A stretch of DNA of 64,000 nucleotides from Obrimoposthia wandeli (GCA_977020255.1 CDROCS010001089.1:496001-560000); one strand, 5' to 3'. Counted from the first letter of the stretch, positions 9,819 through 20,904 are shown. The notes: a model not told the origin generated them from the letters alone. Numbers and translations are program-made.

Positions 9819-10814
9819 TTAGACTTTAAATAACCAGTTATGCTTATCTTCAGTGAGGCCCCATTGGATATCGTTCATTGCTTGGCGCAATTTCTTAGTA
9901 ATAGGTCCTTCTTTGCCATCACCCACTTGATACTCCCTATCTTTATGGATAAAGGTGCCAACGGGTGCGAGTACTGCAGCTGTTCCAGATAAGGCCGCTT
10001 CACAGCTAGGTTTGCTAGAACGTTCGATTATTTCATCAACTGAAATTTCTCGTTCGCTGACCGTCATACCCATATCGCGTGCTAACGTCAAAATTGAATC
10101 ACGAGTAACGCCGTGTAAAAAGCTCTCATCTAATGCTTTAGTGATGATTTCGCCATCGTCAATTAATAAGAAGTTTGCAGCGCCTGTTTCTTGTGCGAAT
10201 CCACCTGGGCAGAATAGCACTTGATCAGCTTGGAACTTATCTCTCGCCTGCATGATCGGACGCAATGCGCTGGCGTAGTTGCCGCCGCTTTTTATCATGC
10301 CATTGTGCGGCGCACAGCGCATGCCGGTTTCATCTAATAATAGTCGTAGCCCCCCCGCATCACTCTTGAAGTATTCTCCGACCGGGGATAATAAGATATA
10401 TTGCAAAGAAGTGTCAGAAGGCGTTGCCGCTTTACCAATGGCTGGGTCGATACCAAAATGAGTAGGGCGAATATACATAGATCCAGGAGGTGCGGGTACA
10501 TCATCTGCATATTGTGCAACAGAATCTAAGATCATTTGTGCAGTCGCACTTTTATCAATAGCGGGTAGTGACAACAGCTCACTGCTTTGTGCAAAACGTG
10601 CTATATTTTTGTCCATGCGGAACAATTTAATTGATCCGTCAGGTTGCTTGAATGCTTTTAAACCTTCAAAACACGTGCTTGAATAATGTAATACATGGGC
10701 GCCGGGATGCAGTGTAATGCTATCACTCGCTACCATTTCAGCTTGGCTCCACTGAGAACCATCAAAACGAGAAATTGCCATTTGCGGCATAAAAACTGTA
10801 CCAAACGCAGCCAT
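9819..10814 (-). CDS. ilvE: Branched-chain amino acid aminotransferase (PLP class IV)
   Basis: LHYSSTCFEGLKAF, LFRMDKN, IKSGGNYA (PLP Lys), ETGAANF, LHGVTRDS, SGTAAV. Start placed at ATG 10814 after a GAGG RBS. Confidence 0.93.
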   Translation of the reverse strand: MAAFGTVFMPQMAISRFDGSQWSQAEMVASDSITLHPGAHVLHYSSTCFEGLKAFKQPDGSIKLFRMDKNIARFAQSSELLSLPAIDKSATAQMILDSVAQYADDVPAPPGSMYIRPTHFGIDPAIGKAATPSDTSLQYILLSPVGEYFKSDAGGLRLLLDETGMRCAPHNGMIKSGGNYASALRPIMQARDKFQADQVLFCPGGFAQETGAANFLLIDDGEIITKALDESFLHGVTRDSILTLARDMGMTVSEREISVDEIIERSSKPSCEAALSGTAAVLAPVGTFIHKDREYQVGDGKEGPITKKLRQAMNDIQWGLTEDKHNWLFKV

Positions 10815-11070
10815 CTGAAACCTCAAAAAATATAATATAGTTATTTGCACGAGAGTGTAGATTGTCAGATGATTAGCTTTCTACATCGACAATTACTTTA
10901 AGCCACCGATTGTAGTCACCCTCGCACCAAAAAGGAATTACTGGAGTTAATAAATATCGAGTATTTACAAATAAACTGGGGATAAAGACGCATTTTTAGT
11001 ATGATATGACGCTATTTATAAAAATCTTGGTTAGGCCAAATCTCAAAGGAGATAAAATGGGGGCAAGCAA

Positions 11071-12108
11071 TTGAATATTTTGGTAGTCGGGCCTTCTTGG
11101 GTTGGCGACATGGTAATGTCTCAATCTTTGCTATTGAGATTAAAAGCAGATAATCCCTATTGTAATATCGACGTGCTAGCACCGGATTGGTGTCGCCCTG
11201 TGTTGGCGAGAATGGCGCAAGTTAATCAGGCAATCGCAATGCCCGTAGGTCATGGCGCCCTGCAGTGGAAAGTTAGAAAACAAGTTGCGTTGCAGTTACA
11301 GCAAAACGATTACCAACAAAGTATTATTCTACCTAATTCTTTGAAGTCAGCTCTTGTCCCTTGGTTAGCTAAAATACCTCAGCGCACCGCTTGGCGTGGA
11401 GAAATGCGCTATGGCTTAATCAATGATATGCGCACACTAGATAAACAGGCATTTCCTTTAATGGTGCAGCGCTATATTGCATTAGCTGAAAATGAAAAAA
11501 GCTCCGCGCAGCAGCTCAAAGCTTTGTTGAAGCCAAGTTTAAGTGTTGATTATGAAGCGCAAGAGGCTGTCTTTAGCGCTTTTTCACTTTCTCTGTCATC
11601 AGAAATAATTGCTTTTTGCCCCGGGGCTGAATTTGGTCCCGCTAAACGTTGGCCTCACTATCACTTTGCTAAGTTAGCAGGATTGCTCATTGATCAAGGT
11701 AAAAAAATAATCTGCCTCGGCTCGGCTAAAGATACGCCAGTAATACAAGAGATTAAAGAGTTACTCAGCGAAGAGCAATTGCAGGAATTCGTTGATGTGT
11801 CGGGACAAACAAGCTTGACGCAAGCGATAGATATATTGGCCAAAGTAAGCGCCATTGTCTCTAATGATTCTGGGTTAATGCATATCGGAGCGGCAGTGAA
11901 TACCCCGATGCTAGCTTTATATGGTCCTACGAGTCCCGATTTCACTCCACCGCTTAGCGATAATGCAGAAGTCATAAGGTTAATAGATGGCTACATTAAG
12001 CTGCGTAAAGGAAATTTAGACCAAGGCTATCATCAAAGTATGGTAGATATACAACCAGAGGCAGTGTTAGAGCGGTTACAGGTCTTGTTAGATAAGGAAT
12101 CTGTGTGA
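11071..12108 (+). CDS. waaF: Lipopolysaccharide heptosyltransferase II
   Basis: ILVVGPSWVGDMVM, PNSLKSALVP, GEMRYGLIND, CPGAEFGPAKRWP, NDSGLMH, YGPTSPDFTPPL. Confidence 0.96.
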   Translation: MNILVVGPSWVGDMVMSQSLLLRLKADNPYCNIDVLAPDWCRPVLARMAQVNQAIAMPVGHGALQWKVRKQVALQLQQNDYQQSIILPNSLKSALVPWLAKIPQRTAWRGEMRYGLINDMRTLDKQAFPLMVQRYIALAENEKSSAQQLKALLKPSLSVDYEAQEAVFSAFSLSLSSEIIAFCPGAEFGPAKRWPHYHFAKLAGLLIDQGKKIICLGSAKDTPVIQEIKELLSEEQLQEFVDVSGQTSLTQAIDILAKVSAIVSNDSGLMHIGAAVNTPMLALYGPTSPDFTPPLSDNAEVIRLIDGYIKLRKGNLDQGYHQSMVDIQPEAVLERLQVLLDKESV

Positions 12109-13133
12109 GAGTATTAATTGTTAAAACATCCTCTATGGGAGATATCATACATACTTTACCCGCACTGACAGATGCGACTAATGCCATTGCAGGTATTCGC
12201 TTTGATTGGGTAGTCGAAGAGTCATTTAAAGAAATACCACAGTGGCACAGTGCGGTAGATAAAGTGATTCCGGTGGCAATTCGACGTTGGCGAAAATCTC
12301 CTTGGAAGGCATGGACTAGCGGTGAATGGCAAACTTTTAAAGAAAACTTGCAAGCACGTGAATACGACGCTGTTATTGATGCTCAAGGCTTGTTGAAAAG
12401 TGCATACTTAGTGGTACGCAATGCCAAAGGCGCTAGTTTTGGTTTAGATAAAGTCAGTGCAAAAGAGCCTTGGGCTAGCAGTGTTTATCAAACTCAGGTC
12501 AACATTGCTAAAAACCAACATGCAATAGAAAGAATTAGGCAATTATTTGCGCAATCTTTAGCTTACAAGCTACCAGAACAACAAGGCGAATTTGGTATTG
12601 CTGAACATTTTGACAGTAATGTCGTACAAGATTATTTGATTTTTAATCACAGTACGACACGAATAGATAAACACTATCCTGAACAGTACTGGTTAGAGTT
12701 AATAAAGCTAGCAACAGATCAGGGTTGGAAAATAAAGCTACCTTGGGGAAATGAGCAAGAAAAAAAGCGTGCACTAAGGCTTGCTCAAGAAAATGATAAT
12801 GTTGAAGTGTTAAAAAAACTCACTCTTTGTGAAGTAGCACAAGTTATTGCAAATGCAGCAGCTTGCGTCTCTGTTGATACTGGGCTTTCGCATTTAAGTG
12901 CCGCACTTAATAAGCCCAATATCACTTTGTTTGGCCCTACAGATCCAGGGTTAGTTGGAGGTTACGGTATAAATCAAGTAACACTATTAGCAGAAAACTA
13001 TGTAAAAGAGTGTGCGCAGAGCCGCATTGCTAATGAAAGTGTCGAACCCGCTGTTTTCAGACCATTACCAGCGTCTATTGTTTGGCATGAATTGCAAAAA
13101 TTATTGAAAAATCGTGCCTCTAAGGGAGTTTAA
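12105..13133 (+). CDS. waaC: Lipopolysaccharide heptosyltransferase I
   Basis: MRVLIVKTSSMGDIIHTLPALTDA, FDWVVEE, DAQGLLKSA, VDTGLSHL, LFGPTDP; overlaps the waaF stop. Confidence 0.96.
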   Translation: MRVLIVKTSSMGDIIHTLPALTDATNAIAGIRFDWVVEESFKEIPQWHSAVDKVIPVAIRRWRKSPWKAWTSGEWQTFKENLQAREYDAVIDAQGLLKSAYLVVRNAKGASFGLDKVSAKEPWASSVYQTQVNIAKNQHAIERIRQLFAQSLAYKLPEQQGEFGIAEHFDSNVVQDYLIFNHSTTRIDKHYPEQYWLELIKLATDQGWKIKLPWGNEQEKKRALRLAQENDNVEVLKKLTLCEVAQVIANAAACVSVDTGLSHLSAALNKPNITLFGPTDPGLVGGYGINQVTLLAENYVKECAQSRIANESVEPAVFRPLPASIVWHELQKLLKNRASKGV

Positions 13134-14439
13134 GTTGTTCATAAATCGCCCGATATTAAGTGTGGCAAGGCATTACGTTAATTTTAGTGTGTTCTTATTT
13201 CTGGCATTGTCAGTGGCTTTTAAAGGGAGCTACGCTATAAGTGGTGCTGTGCTTGTTTCAAGCTATCTCTTTTTGTTTAGTGCGCAAATTCGAGAAAAAA
13301 TAGCATTAACTAAGATTGAAAAAGGCCTAATAACAGTTTTAATTATGTATTTGGCCTCTAACGTCCTAGAGGTTGTTTTTTATGATGTTGCTATTAGAAA
13401 GATAGATTCTGAGAGTAAAATATTGGCATTCATCCCGCTTATTTTCTTACTAAATGCGGTAAAAATTAATGTTTTAACTACAATATTAGGGTTAGGTGTT
13501 GGTTGTTGCGGGTTATTTATATTGGCGATATATGAAAAGTATTATTTAGGTTTAGGCAGAGTTGGGTTGAATATAAATGCGATACAGTTGGGCAATATCG
13601 CACTGGCCTTTGGTTTGTTAACTATAATATTTGCGCCTGTTATTTATGCTGTTAGATTGCGCAGTGAATCTAATTTAAAAAAGCGCTGTAAGCTCGCAGC
13701 ATCGATTTGTGTTGTATTAGGTTTTTTAAGCATAGTAGCATCAATATTTACCTTGACCAGAGGTGGGTTAGTTTTTGTTCCTGTGTTGTTAGTGGTGGTC
13801 AGTTTTTATTATTTAGCACAAATTAAACGTTACTTTAGGCAGCTTTTGATTTTTACAGTATTAGTAGGCGCAGTTTTAATGCTAGTGATACCAAATACTC
13901 ATCTAGTTTCTAGAGTGGAAGTGGCATTTAAGAATGTTGAAAGCTATTTCGTAGAAGGCAATGTCAGTACCTCTAGCGGAATAAGGCTAGAGTTATGGAA
14001 AGTTGCAGCGATTATCATCATGGATAACCCAGTATTGGGGGTTGGTGATAAGCAGTATATGGCGGAGAAAAAGAAGCTAATTAAGCGGGGAGAGATAAGC
14101 CCAGTGGTGCTGAATTATGGGCATTCTCATAATGCATATTTTTATGCAGCTGTGCGCAGAGGGGGGATAGGCTTGTTTATATTATTGGCGCTGTTATTTT
14201 ATCCCGTATTAGTAGCGCATCAGGAACTTAAACATCACATCAAATCTAGTCACCGTCAAGCGCAGAAAGCTCCGGCAGTTGCCTTGCTGGTGTTTGGTTT
14301 GTTTTTTATATTCGCCAATTTAACGCAAACGCTATTTGCCCATAACAGCGGTATGATAATGTATACGGGTATACTAATTATATTGACTTCTTTGATGTTG
14401 GCTAGGCGTGAAAAAAATCACTCAAATGTTCCACATTGA
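13114..14439 (+). CDS. O-antigen ligase (WaaL/Wzy_C) family membrane protein
   Basis: About 12 TM segments, NAIQLG, TRGG, SSGIRLELW...NPVLGVG and HSHN motifs, inside the LPS cluster. Confidence 0.8.
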   Translation: MPLREFKLFINRPILSVARHYVNFSVFLFLALSVAFKGSYAISGAVLVSSYLFLFSAQIREKIALTKIEKGLITVLIMYLASNVLEVVFYDVAIRKIDSESKILAFIPLIFLLNAVKINVLTTILGLGVGCCGLFILAIYEKYYLGLGRVGLNINAIQLGNIALAFGLLTIIFAPVIYAVRLRSESNLKKRCKLAASICVVLGFLSIVASIFTLTRGGLVFVPVLLVVVSFYYLAQIKRYFRQLLIFTVLVGAVLMLVIPNTHLVSRVEVAFKNVESYFVEGNVSTSSGIRLELWKVAAIIIMDNPVLGVGDKQYMAEKKKLIKRGEISPVVLNYGHSHNAYFYAAVRRGGIGLFILLALLFYPVLVAHQELKHHIKSSHRQAQKAPAVALLVFGLFFIFANLTQTLFAHNSGMIMYTGILIILTSLMLARREKNHSNVPH

Positions 14440-14497
14440 ATACTGAATCTTTGGTGCGTAGAATTTAAAGCTTAGTCATTAGCTTGGAATTCAGCTA

Positions 14498-15400
14498 TTA
14501 GCACTTCGCCTTTTGGTAAATTTTGTGTTTGCCGTCAGGCTGCGTTTTAAAGCGTTTATGCATCCACATATACTGCTCTGGTTGCTTGCGAATAGCTGTT
14601 TCAATAGTGTCATTCACAACTTGTGCAAAGGCGAGTTTATCGTTTGAATCACATGCTGCAACTTCACTGAATTCTAGCAAATATCCACTGTTATCGGGCT
14701 TTCTATAATGGGCCAGCATTAATAGCGGAGAGTTATTAAAGCGCACAAAATTTGAAGTTGCGGTAACGGTTGAAGCCGTTTGACCAAAAAAGTTGGCAAA
14801 TACACAGCCTTTGGCATTTAAATCTTGATCGGGTGCAAACCAAATACACTGATTATCTTTTAATTGACGGATAACTAAGCGTATATTCTTACGATCGATA
14901 GGTTGGCAGTATCTAGAGCGCCCCTCAATAATAGCGGCGTCTAAAGTCGGGTTGTTGTGTTTTCGGTATAAAGTATTAAGTGGCGCCTGAGTATAAGAGA
15001 AGAGTAAACCACCCAAATCTAAAGTACTAAAGTGCGCCCCAAGTAAGATCACCCCTTTTTGCTGCTTTAATGCTAAGTCTAATAAGTGTTGACCACGAAT
15101 TTCGACAAGGTCGTCAAACATAGATTGATTGGCATAATGTGCCCAAGCGGTCTCTACTAGACCGATGCCATTGGCAACAAAAATTTTCTTCACAAATTCT
15201 TGTTGCTCCTTACTAGATAGCTCAGGAAAGCAAAGAGCGACATTTACCGCCGTCACTCTGCGTCTTTTAACTGCCAATATGCGCAGTGTGTTTCCCAGTA
15301 GAGCACCAACACGCAGACCCCAACGAAAAGGTAGTTTAGCTAAATTACGTAGCAGCTTTAGAGTAAGTTGTGCAGGCCAATCTTTTTTTTGATCATTCAC
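14498..15400 (-). CDS. lpxL: Lipid A biosynthesis lauroyl acyltransferase (LpxL/LpxP family)
   Basis: NVALCFPEL, GVILLGAHFSTLD (HxxxxD/E), WFAPDQD, FANFFG, PEQYMWMHKRFKT. Confidence 0.9.
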   Translation of the reverse strand: MNDQKKDWPAQLTLKLLRNLAKLPFRWGLRVGALLGNTLRILAVKRRRVTAVNVALCFPELSSKEQQEFVKKIFVANGIGLVETAWAHYANQSMFDDLVEIRGQHLLDLALKQQKGVILLGAHFSTLDLGGLLFSYTQAPLNTLYRKHNNPTLDAAIIEGRSRYCQPIDRKNIRLVIRQLKDNQCIWFAPDQDLNAKGCVFANFFGQTASTVTATSNFVRFNNSPLLMLAHYRKPDNSGYLLEFSEVAACDSNDKLAFAQVVNDTIETAIRKQPEQYMWMHKRFKTQPDGKHKIYQKAKC

Positions 15401-15534
15401 GATGTTAACGGCTATCCGATAAAGAATTAAGTTACAATAAAGTTTATTATAGGCAGTTGATTGATAAGGTGCTATCCCTAGCCGCTTTTTTGATTATCAT
15501 TTTGTTTGCTGATTATTATATAGGTTTATGACAT

Positions 15535-17274
15535 TTGAATTTAACACCTTGGCAAGTTTACAAACGATTACTCAGTTATATTCTCCCTTATATGACTTTT
15601 TTTGTGTTAAGTATTGGCGGTTTTATATTGTATGCTTTGACGCAAACGGGTTTTGCGGTATTGATGGAAAAGATTATTGCACAAATGGATGAGCCAACAG
15701 GAAAGGCCTATATCTATTTACCGCTAGCTATCATATCTATAACTTTTGCGCGCGGTTTAGGAGGATTTGTTGGCACTTATTGCTTAGATAAGGTCGCTTT
15801 TAGTGTGGTCTTTGAGCTGCGTAAACAAATTTTCTCTGCTATTTTACAATTGCCAAGAGCAGAATATTTACAGCGTGATTCAGGGCAGTATTTAGCGGTG
15901 CTGATTTACAATGTAGAGCAAGTTACGTCAGCGTGTACTTCTGTTGTGCGAACTTTAGTGCGCGAAGGGGCCACAGTAATTGGGCTAATTACTTATTTAG
16001 TTTATCTAAACTGGCAGTTATCACTACTGTTTTTTGCTGCCAGCCCCTTTATAGCATTAGTTATAAGCTTAGCATCGAAAAGATTTCGTAAGCTCGCGAA
16101 AAATATGCAAAGCTCTATTGCTGATATTACACATGCCGCAACAGAAAGCTTACAAGGTATTGAAGTGGTTAAAACCTTTGGTGGGTACTCAGTAGAAGTT
16201 ACCCGATTTAATCAGGCAAGTGATGATTTTAGAAGTCAGTCTTTAAAAATGACTGTAACGACAGCGCTTAATTCACCTATCGTGCAACTGCTAATTTCTA
16301 TTGCAATGGCGCTACTTATCTTTGTCGCTTTATATCCTAATTTAATGGAACGTATGCCAGGCAGTGAGTTCGTAGCTTTTTTGGTGACAGCAGGTCTAAT
16401 TGCTAAGCCACTGCGTGCACTTACTGAAATAAATGGCCCTTTACAAAAAGGTATTGCCGCTGCCACTAGCTTATTTGAAATGATTGATAGCGAAGCTGAA
16501 AAAGATAACGGCAGTAAAGTGATACCGCGTGCTAGCGGTGAATTGCAATTTAAAGATGTAAATTTTAGTTATACAGATGAGCCGCTACTTAAAAATATTA
16601 ACTTTAGCGCTAAAGCTGGAGAAACCATTGCCTTAGTTGGGCGCTCAGGAAGTGGCAAAACGACCTTAGCTAATTTGATTCCGCGATTTTTTGACTTAAG
16701 CAGTGGTCAAATATTATTGGATGGAGCAGCGATTGATGAATATTCACTAGAATGTTTGCGAGAACAGATTGCGATAGTTAATCAGCAAGTGTTTCTTTTT
16801 GCGGGAAGTATTAAAAGTAACATAGGATATGGCTCTTTAAAAGACAAGACGGAAAGTGAAATACAAGCGGCATTGGCGATTGCTAATGCCACAGAGTTTG
16901 TTGAAAAGTTACCACAGGGTATTCACACACCTTTAGGTGAGAAAGGGCTTTCACTTTCAGGAGGACAAAGACAACGCTTAGCCATTGCCAGAGCTGTGCT
17001 AAAAGATGCGCCTATACTTATTTTGGATGAAGCGACTTCTGCTTTAGATAATCATTCAGAGCGCTATATTCAGCAAGCTTTAGAAACAGTGATGCAAAAC
17101 CGCACTACTATAGTCATCGCGCACAGGCTTTCTACCATTCAAAATGCAGATACTATTTTAGTGATGGACGAAGGCGAGATAGTGGAACGCGGCACTCATC
17201 AGCAATTGTTAGCCAAAAACGCATTGTATGCTGAACTCTACCAACATGGGTTTGAGGAATATTTGAGTAGCTAA
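15535..17274 (+). CDS. msbA: Lipid A export permease/ATP-binding protein
   Basis: N-terminal TMD (YNVEQVT, LVREG), Walker A GRSGSGKT, LSGGQRQRLAIARA, ILDEATSALD. Confidence 0.95.
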   Translation: MNLTPWQVYKRLLSYILPYMTFFVLSIGGFILYALTQTGFAVLMEKIIAQMDEPTGKAYIYLPLAIISITFARGLGGFVGTYCLDKVAFSVVFELRKQIFSAILQLPRAEYLQRDSGQYLAVLIYNVEQVTSACTSVVRTLVREGATVIGLITYLVYLNWQLSLLFFAASPFIALVISLASKRFRKLAKNMQSSIADITHAATESLQGIEVVKTFGGYSVEVTRFNQASDDFRSQSLKMTVTTALNSPIVQLLISIAMALLIFVALYPNLMERMPGSEFVAFLVTAGLIAKPLRALTEINGPLQKGIAAATSLFEMIDSEAEKDNGSKVIPRASGELQFKDVNFSYTDEPLLKNINFSAKAGETIALVGRSGSGKTTLANLIPRFFDLSSGQILLDGAAIDEYSLECLREQIAIVNQQVFLFAGSIKSNIGYGSLKDKTESEIQAALAIANATEFVEKLPQGIHTPLGEKGLSLSGGQRQRLAIARAVLKDAPILILDEATSALDNHSERYIQQALETVMQNRTTIVIAHRLSTIQNADTILVMDEGEIVERGTHQQLLAKNALYAELYQHGFEEYLSS

Positions 17275-17372
17275 TAACCTGAGCAATAGCTTGCGTAATA
17301 ACTTGTGCGATAAATAGAACAGCAACATGCGATTAAATCTAATACAACCTCAGAATCTAGGAGCTACTCTCT

Positions 17373-18797
17373 GTGCTTGAATTAACGATGCCGGAATTTA
17401 ACAAAACTCAAATATTAGTCGTTGGCGACATTATGCTTGACCGCTATTGGCACGGGGCAACCGATAGAGTATCCCCTGAAGCTCCAGTACCTGTTATCAA
17501 TGTAACACGACAAGATGATAGACCTGGAGGCGCGGCCAACGTAGCGCTTAATACTGCAGCACTTGGCGCAAAAACTCACTTAATGGGGCTGGTGGGCAAG
17601 GATGAAGCAGCGACAGTATTAGCATCAAGGCTCCAAGCGGCAGGCGTGGGCTGTGATTTTACCCAGAGCCAAGGCGAGCCCACCATTATGAAATTGCGGG
17701 CAATTAGTCGCAATCAGCAGCTGATCCGTATGGATTTTGAACAGCGCTTTTCCAGTGATTATGCAGCCAGCATTACAGCCTCAGTATCTAAGCAGATAGA
17801 AAGTTGCGACGTGTTAATTATATCCGATTATAACAAGGGAACTTTGAGCGATTGCCAAAGCCTTATTGCACTCGCAAAAAAACACCACAAACGTGTGTTA
17901 GTTGATCCTAAAGGAAGTGATTATCGACCTTACAAAGGCGCGACTTTATTAACGCCTAACATGTCTGAATTTGAGGCGGTTGTTGGAAAGTGCCACACTG
18001 AAGAGCAAGTTATTAGTCGCGCAAGAGCATTAATTGTTGAATTAGAGCTAGAGTGCTTGCTTATTACTCGCAGTGAGAAAGGTATGACCTTGCTGCAACA
18101 AGAAGGCACAGAAATACATTTTCCGGCCCGCAGCCATGAAGTGTTTGATGTTACAGGTGCAGGGGATACCGTTATATCAACGTTAGCTGCAGCTCTGGGT
18201 GCGGGTGAAAGTATGCAAAAGGCCGTCGCTATTGCCAATATGGCGGCGGGCATAGCCATTGGCAAGCTTGGGACATACGCAATCAGTGGTCCAGAAATAA
18301 GAAGAGAAATAGCACTTACCAAGCGCAGCGCTCGTGGAGTGGTTAGTGACGAGCAATTATTAATAGCGATAGAAGATGCCCGTTTAGCAGGCGAAAAAAT
18401 TGTTTTTACCAATGGCTGCTTTGATATATTACACGCAGGCCATGTTGGTTACTTAGAGCAGGCAAGGCAACTAGGGCAGCGCTTAGTAGTAGGGATTAAC
18501 TCAGATGCCTCAGTGAAGCGTTTAAAGGGTGAAGGTCGACCTATAAACTCTGAAGATAGACGTATGATAGTGCTCTCTAGTTTAGAAGCAGTCGATTGGG
18601 TGGTTTGTTTTGATACGCCCACCCCCGAACACTTATTAGAGCTGATTCGGCCCGAAGTGTTAGTTAAAGGCGGAGATTACGGTATCGAAGGTGTTGTTGG
18701 CGGTGATTTTGTACGTAGTTACGGGGGGGATGTGCAAGTGTTATCTCTGCTAGATAATTGTTCTACAACGGCAATTGTTGAGCAAATTAAAGGGTAG
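17373..18797 (+). CDS. hldE: Bifunctional D-glycero-beta-D-manno-heptose-7-P kinase / heptose-1-P adenylyltransferase
   Basis: VGDIMLDRYWHG, RVSPEAPVP, DVTGAGDTV, FTNGCFDILHAGHV, KGGDY. Confidence 0.97.
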   Translation: MLELTMPEFNKTQILVVGDIMLDRYWHGATDRVSPEAPVPVINVTRQDDRPGGAANVALNTAALGAKTHLMGLVGKDEAATVLASRLQAAGVGCDFTQSQGEPTIMKLRAISRNQQLIRMDFEQRFSSDYAASITASVSKQIESCDVLIISDYNKGTLSDCQSLIALAKKHHKRVLVDPKGSDYRPYKGATLLTPNMSEFEAVVGKCHTEEQVISRARALIVELELECLLITRSEKGMTLLQQEGTEIHFPARSHEVFDVTGAGDTVISTLAAALGAGESMQKAVAIANMAAGIAIGKLGTYAISGPEIRREIALTKRSARGVVSDEQLLIAIEDARLAGEKIVFTNGCFDILHAGHVGYLEQARQLGQRLVVGINSDASVKRLKGEGRPINSEDRRMIVLSSLEAVDWVVCFDTPTPEHLLELIRPEVLVKGGDYGIEGVVGGDFVRSYGGDVQVLSLLDNCSTTAIVEQIKG

Positions 18798-18861
18798 ATC
18801 ACTGAATGTGCAGTAGCTTTTGATGATTATCAGAAATTTTTAAAGCGGCTGTTTATAGGCA

Positions 18862-19659
18862 TTAACTCGTTAATAGTTGATGATATTTAGCAACATTTGA
18901 GCGTAAGTTCTGTTCATTTATCGTGCCTATTACAGCGCTGTTCACTGCAGATTGTGAAAAAATCAGCTTTAAACTTGCAAGAATTAGGTCTTCATCTGCA
19001 TTTGCTTGGATATGGCCAGAAGCAAAGGCTTTTTTGATAAAAATACCTTTGTTATGCTGCTGGGCGTATTGAATTACCGGCAGCTCATCACGCATGGCTA
19101 AGTTGTAAGTAACCATCGCGCAATCGCTGTGCTGCAAAGCTGAAATCCCACCCGCTATGGTTTTCGTCGACATTCCCGTTGCGCGAATTTTGCCCTGCGC
19201 TTTGAGTTTGTTTAAAGTCTCTAGTGCTAAATCTTGTTCAATGATTTTAAGATCATCACCATTTGAATGAATCATCACAATGTCTAAATAATCGGTATTT
19301 AAGCGCTGTAAACTGCGTTCGACACTCAGCGTCAGCGCTTTTTCACTAAAGTCGAAATAAGATACCCCAGTATCGTTGTTAAACTCCTCTCCAGCTTTAG
19401 AACTAAGCACCCAGTGTTGTCTATCAAAAGGGTTTAGCAGTTGGCCTAAGCGTTGCTCGCTAAGCCCGTATGCGGGAGCGGTATCTAATAAATTGATGCC
19501 TAACTCTTTGCAACAACTTAGTAGATTTAGTACTTGTTGATCATCGGGGATCGTGAACTTAGTAGGATATTTAACACCTTGATCTCGGCCAATCTTAACG
19601 GTGCCAAAGCCAATAGGGCTAACTGCTACGCCTGTGTTGGCTACTGTTTTGGTCGTCAT
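18862..19659 (-). CDS. Aldo/keto reductase (resembles Pseudomonas PA4992-type)
   Basis: SPIGFGTVKIGRDQGVKYP, GINLLDTAPAYG, SKAGEEF, SLQRLNTDYLDIVMIH, GKIRATGMS. Start placed at ATG 19659, 4 bp after the upstream stop. Confidence 0.9.
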   Translation of the reverse strand: MTTKTVANTGVAVSPIGFGTVKIGRDQGVKYPTKFTIPDDQQVLNLLSCCKELGINLLDTAPAYGLSEQRLGQLLNPFDRQHWVLSSKAGEEFNNDTGVSYFDFSEKALTLSVERSLQRLNTDYLDIVMIHSNGDDLKIIEQDLALETLNKLKAQGKIRATGMSTKTIAGGISALQHSDCAMVTYNLAMRDELPVIQYAQQHNKGIFIKKAFASGHIQANADEDLILASLKLIFSQSAVNSAVIGTINEQNLRSNVAKYHQLLTS

Positions 19660-19663
19660 AGGT

Positions 19664-20857
19664 TCAAGCATTTGCATCAACCCAAGCAGGTAGCGCAATA
19701 TCTGGATTGCAAAGTTCAGTGAGTGTGCTGTTAGGTATCATGTTTTTCGGTGTTAGTTGTTGCTGTTTAAACAGAGCGATTACTTTGTCGCTCAAATCAG
19801 GTGCGAGTGCCAGTTTAGTCGGCCAAGCAACCACATAGTTGCTTTCGCTGTGTAAGTAAGCGCAATCAGGGCGTGATAAGTTGCCCTGCTTAGGCTCCGC
19901 TCGGTTCACTCGCAAGCTACTCCACTGCGCCTCTTCTAGCGTTACCCAAGGTAGTATTTTAGCGGTGAGGGCTTGCGCCGCGACTATTTGCTGTGCGCTA
20001 TCTCGCTGCACACCTGTTTCTGCAATGTCGCCGCCGAAATACCAAGTGAAGCTGCCATCTGCGTTGATATGATGGGTAATTGTCACCAATGGTTTGCTAC
20101 TCGCGCCAATACAATGTGCATAAATAGGTAAGTTAGTGCGGTGCGTCACTATTGCCATGTGTAGTGGACGCAGCTGCATTTGCAAAGCTGTAATATTCAG
20201 TGCATCTAAAATTGCACCGTTTCCCTCGCCTGCGGTAAAAATAAAGCGCTGGGCAGTAATGCTTAATTGCTGCTGCTCGCAAGTCAAACCTGTAACATTT
20301 TGCGCACTATCGCGTTGCCATTGGCAGTTTTGTGTATCAACTTTTAAAATGCGACTAGCAAGCTTAGAAGTTAATTGCTTAAACAGAGAAGGGGTGTCGA
20401 GCACAATTTCGTTGAGCTTATATAAATTACCTTTAAACTCAGGATGCTGAAAAACTGCGGGATAATCAGCATTCGCAACTGAGTCTACTCGCCCACTCAT
20501 TGATTTTTTAGCGAAAAAAGAAGTGATTTTTGCACCAAGAGAACGCTGAGACCATAGGTAATGAGCGTGGCTTAAAGTAGTCACGCCGCTTAAATCTACA
20601 TCACCTTCACCCGCTAAACACTGCTTCCAACGCGCTGGCATTTCTTTAATGGCATCAGATGCTTGCGAGAGTACGCCATTGAGTGCGTATTTCATGCCTC
20701 CGTGAATAATGCCTTGAGAGCGAATACTTTGGCCACCACCAATGCTGTTCGCTTCTAATAATAATACATCAAAGCCTTGTTTCGTTAGGCTGTTAAGCAT
20801 CCACAGTCCTGCTATTCCAGCGCCAACAATAACAATGTCAGTGTTTAATTCTCTCAT
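19664..20857 (-). CDS. FAD-dependent oxidoreductase (DAO/glycine-oxidase fold; resembles Pseudomonas PA4991-type)
   Basis: DIVIVGAGIAGLW Rossmann motif, GGGQSIRSQGIIHGGMKYAL, LRPLHM, VNRAEP, WPTKLALAP. Confidence 0.88.
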   Translation of the reverse strand: MRELNTDIVIVGAGIAGLWMLNSLTKQGFDVLLLEANSIGGGQSIRSQGIIHGGMKYALNGVLSQASDAIKEMPARWKQCLAGEGDVDLSGVTTLSHAHYLWSQRSLGAKITSFFAKKSMSGRVDSVANADYPAVFQHPEFKGNLYKLNEIVLDTPSLFKQLTSKLASRILKVDTQNCQWQRDSAQNVTGLTCEQQQLSITAQRFIFTAGEGNGAILDALNITALQMQLRPLHMAIVTHRTNLPIYAHCIGASSKPLVTITHHINADGSFTWYFGGDIAETGVQRDSAQQIVAAQALTAKILPWVTLEEAQWSSLRVNRAEPKQGNLSRPDCAYLHSESNYVVAWPTKLALAPDLSDKVIALFKQQQLTPKNMIPNSTLTELCNPDIALPAWVDANA

Positions 20858-20904
20858 TGAATCTCTCTGCGTAATGATGGATAAAACTGAGGACAGTTAT
20901 CGCA

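Noticed and set aside
17930-18412. 160-aa antisense ORF within hldE, and similar shadow ORFs inside glnE, pit, tex, gshA, the EAL genes and the WD40 gene
   Set aside because: They lie fully opposite or within well-supported genes and have no motifs; typical reverse-frame shadows.
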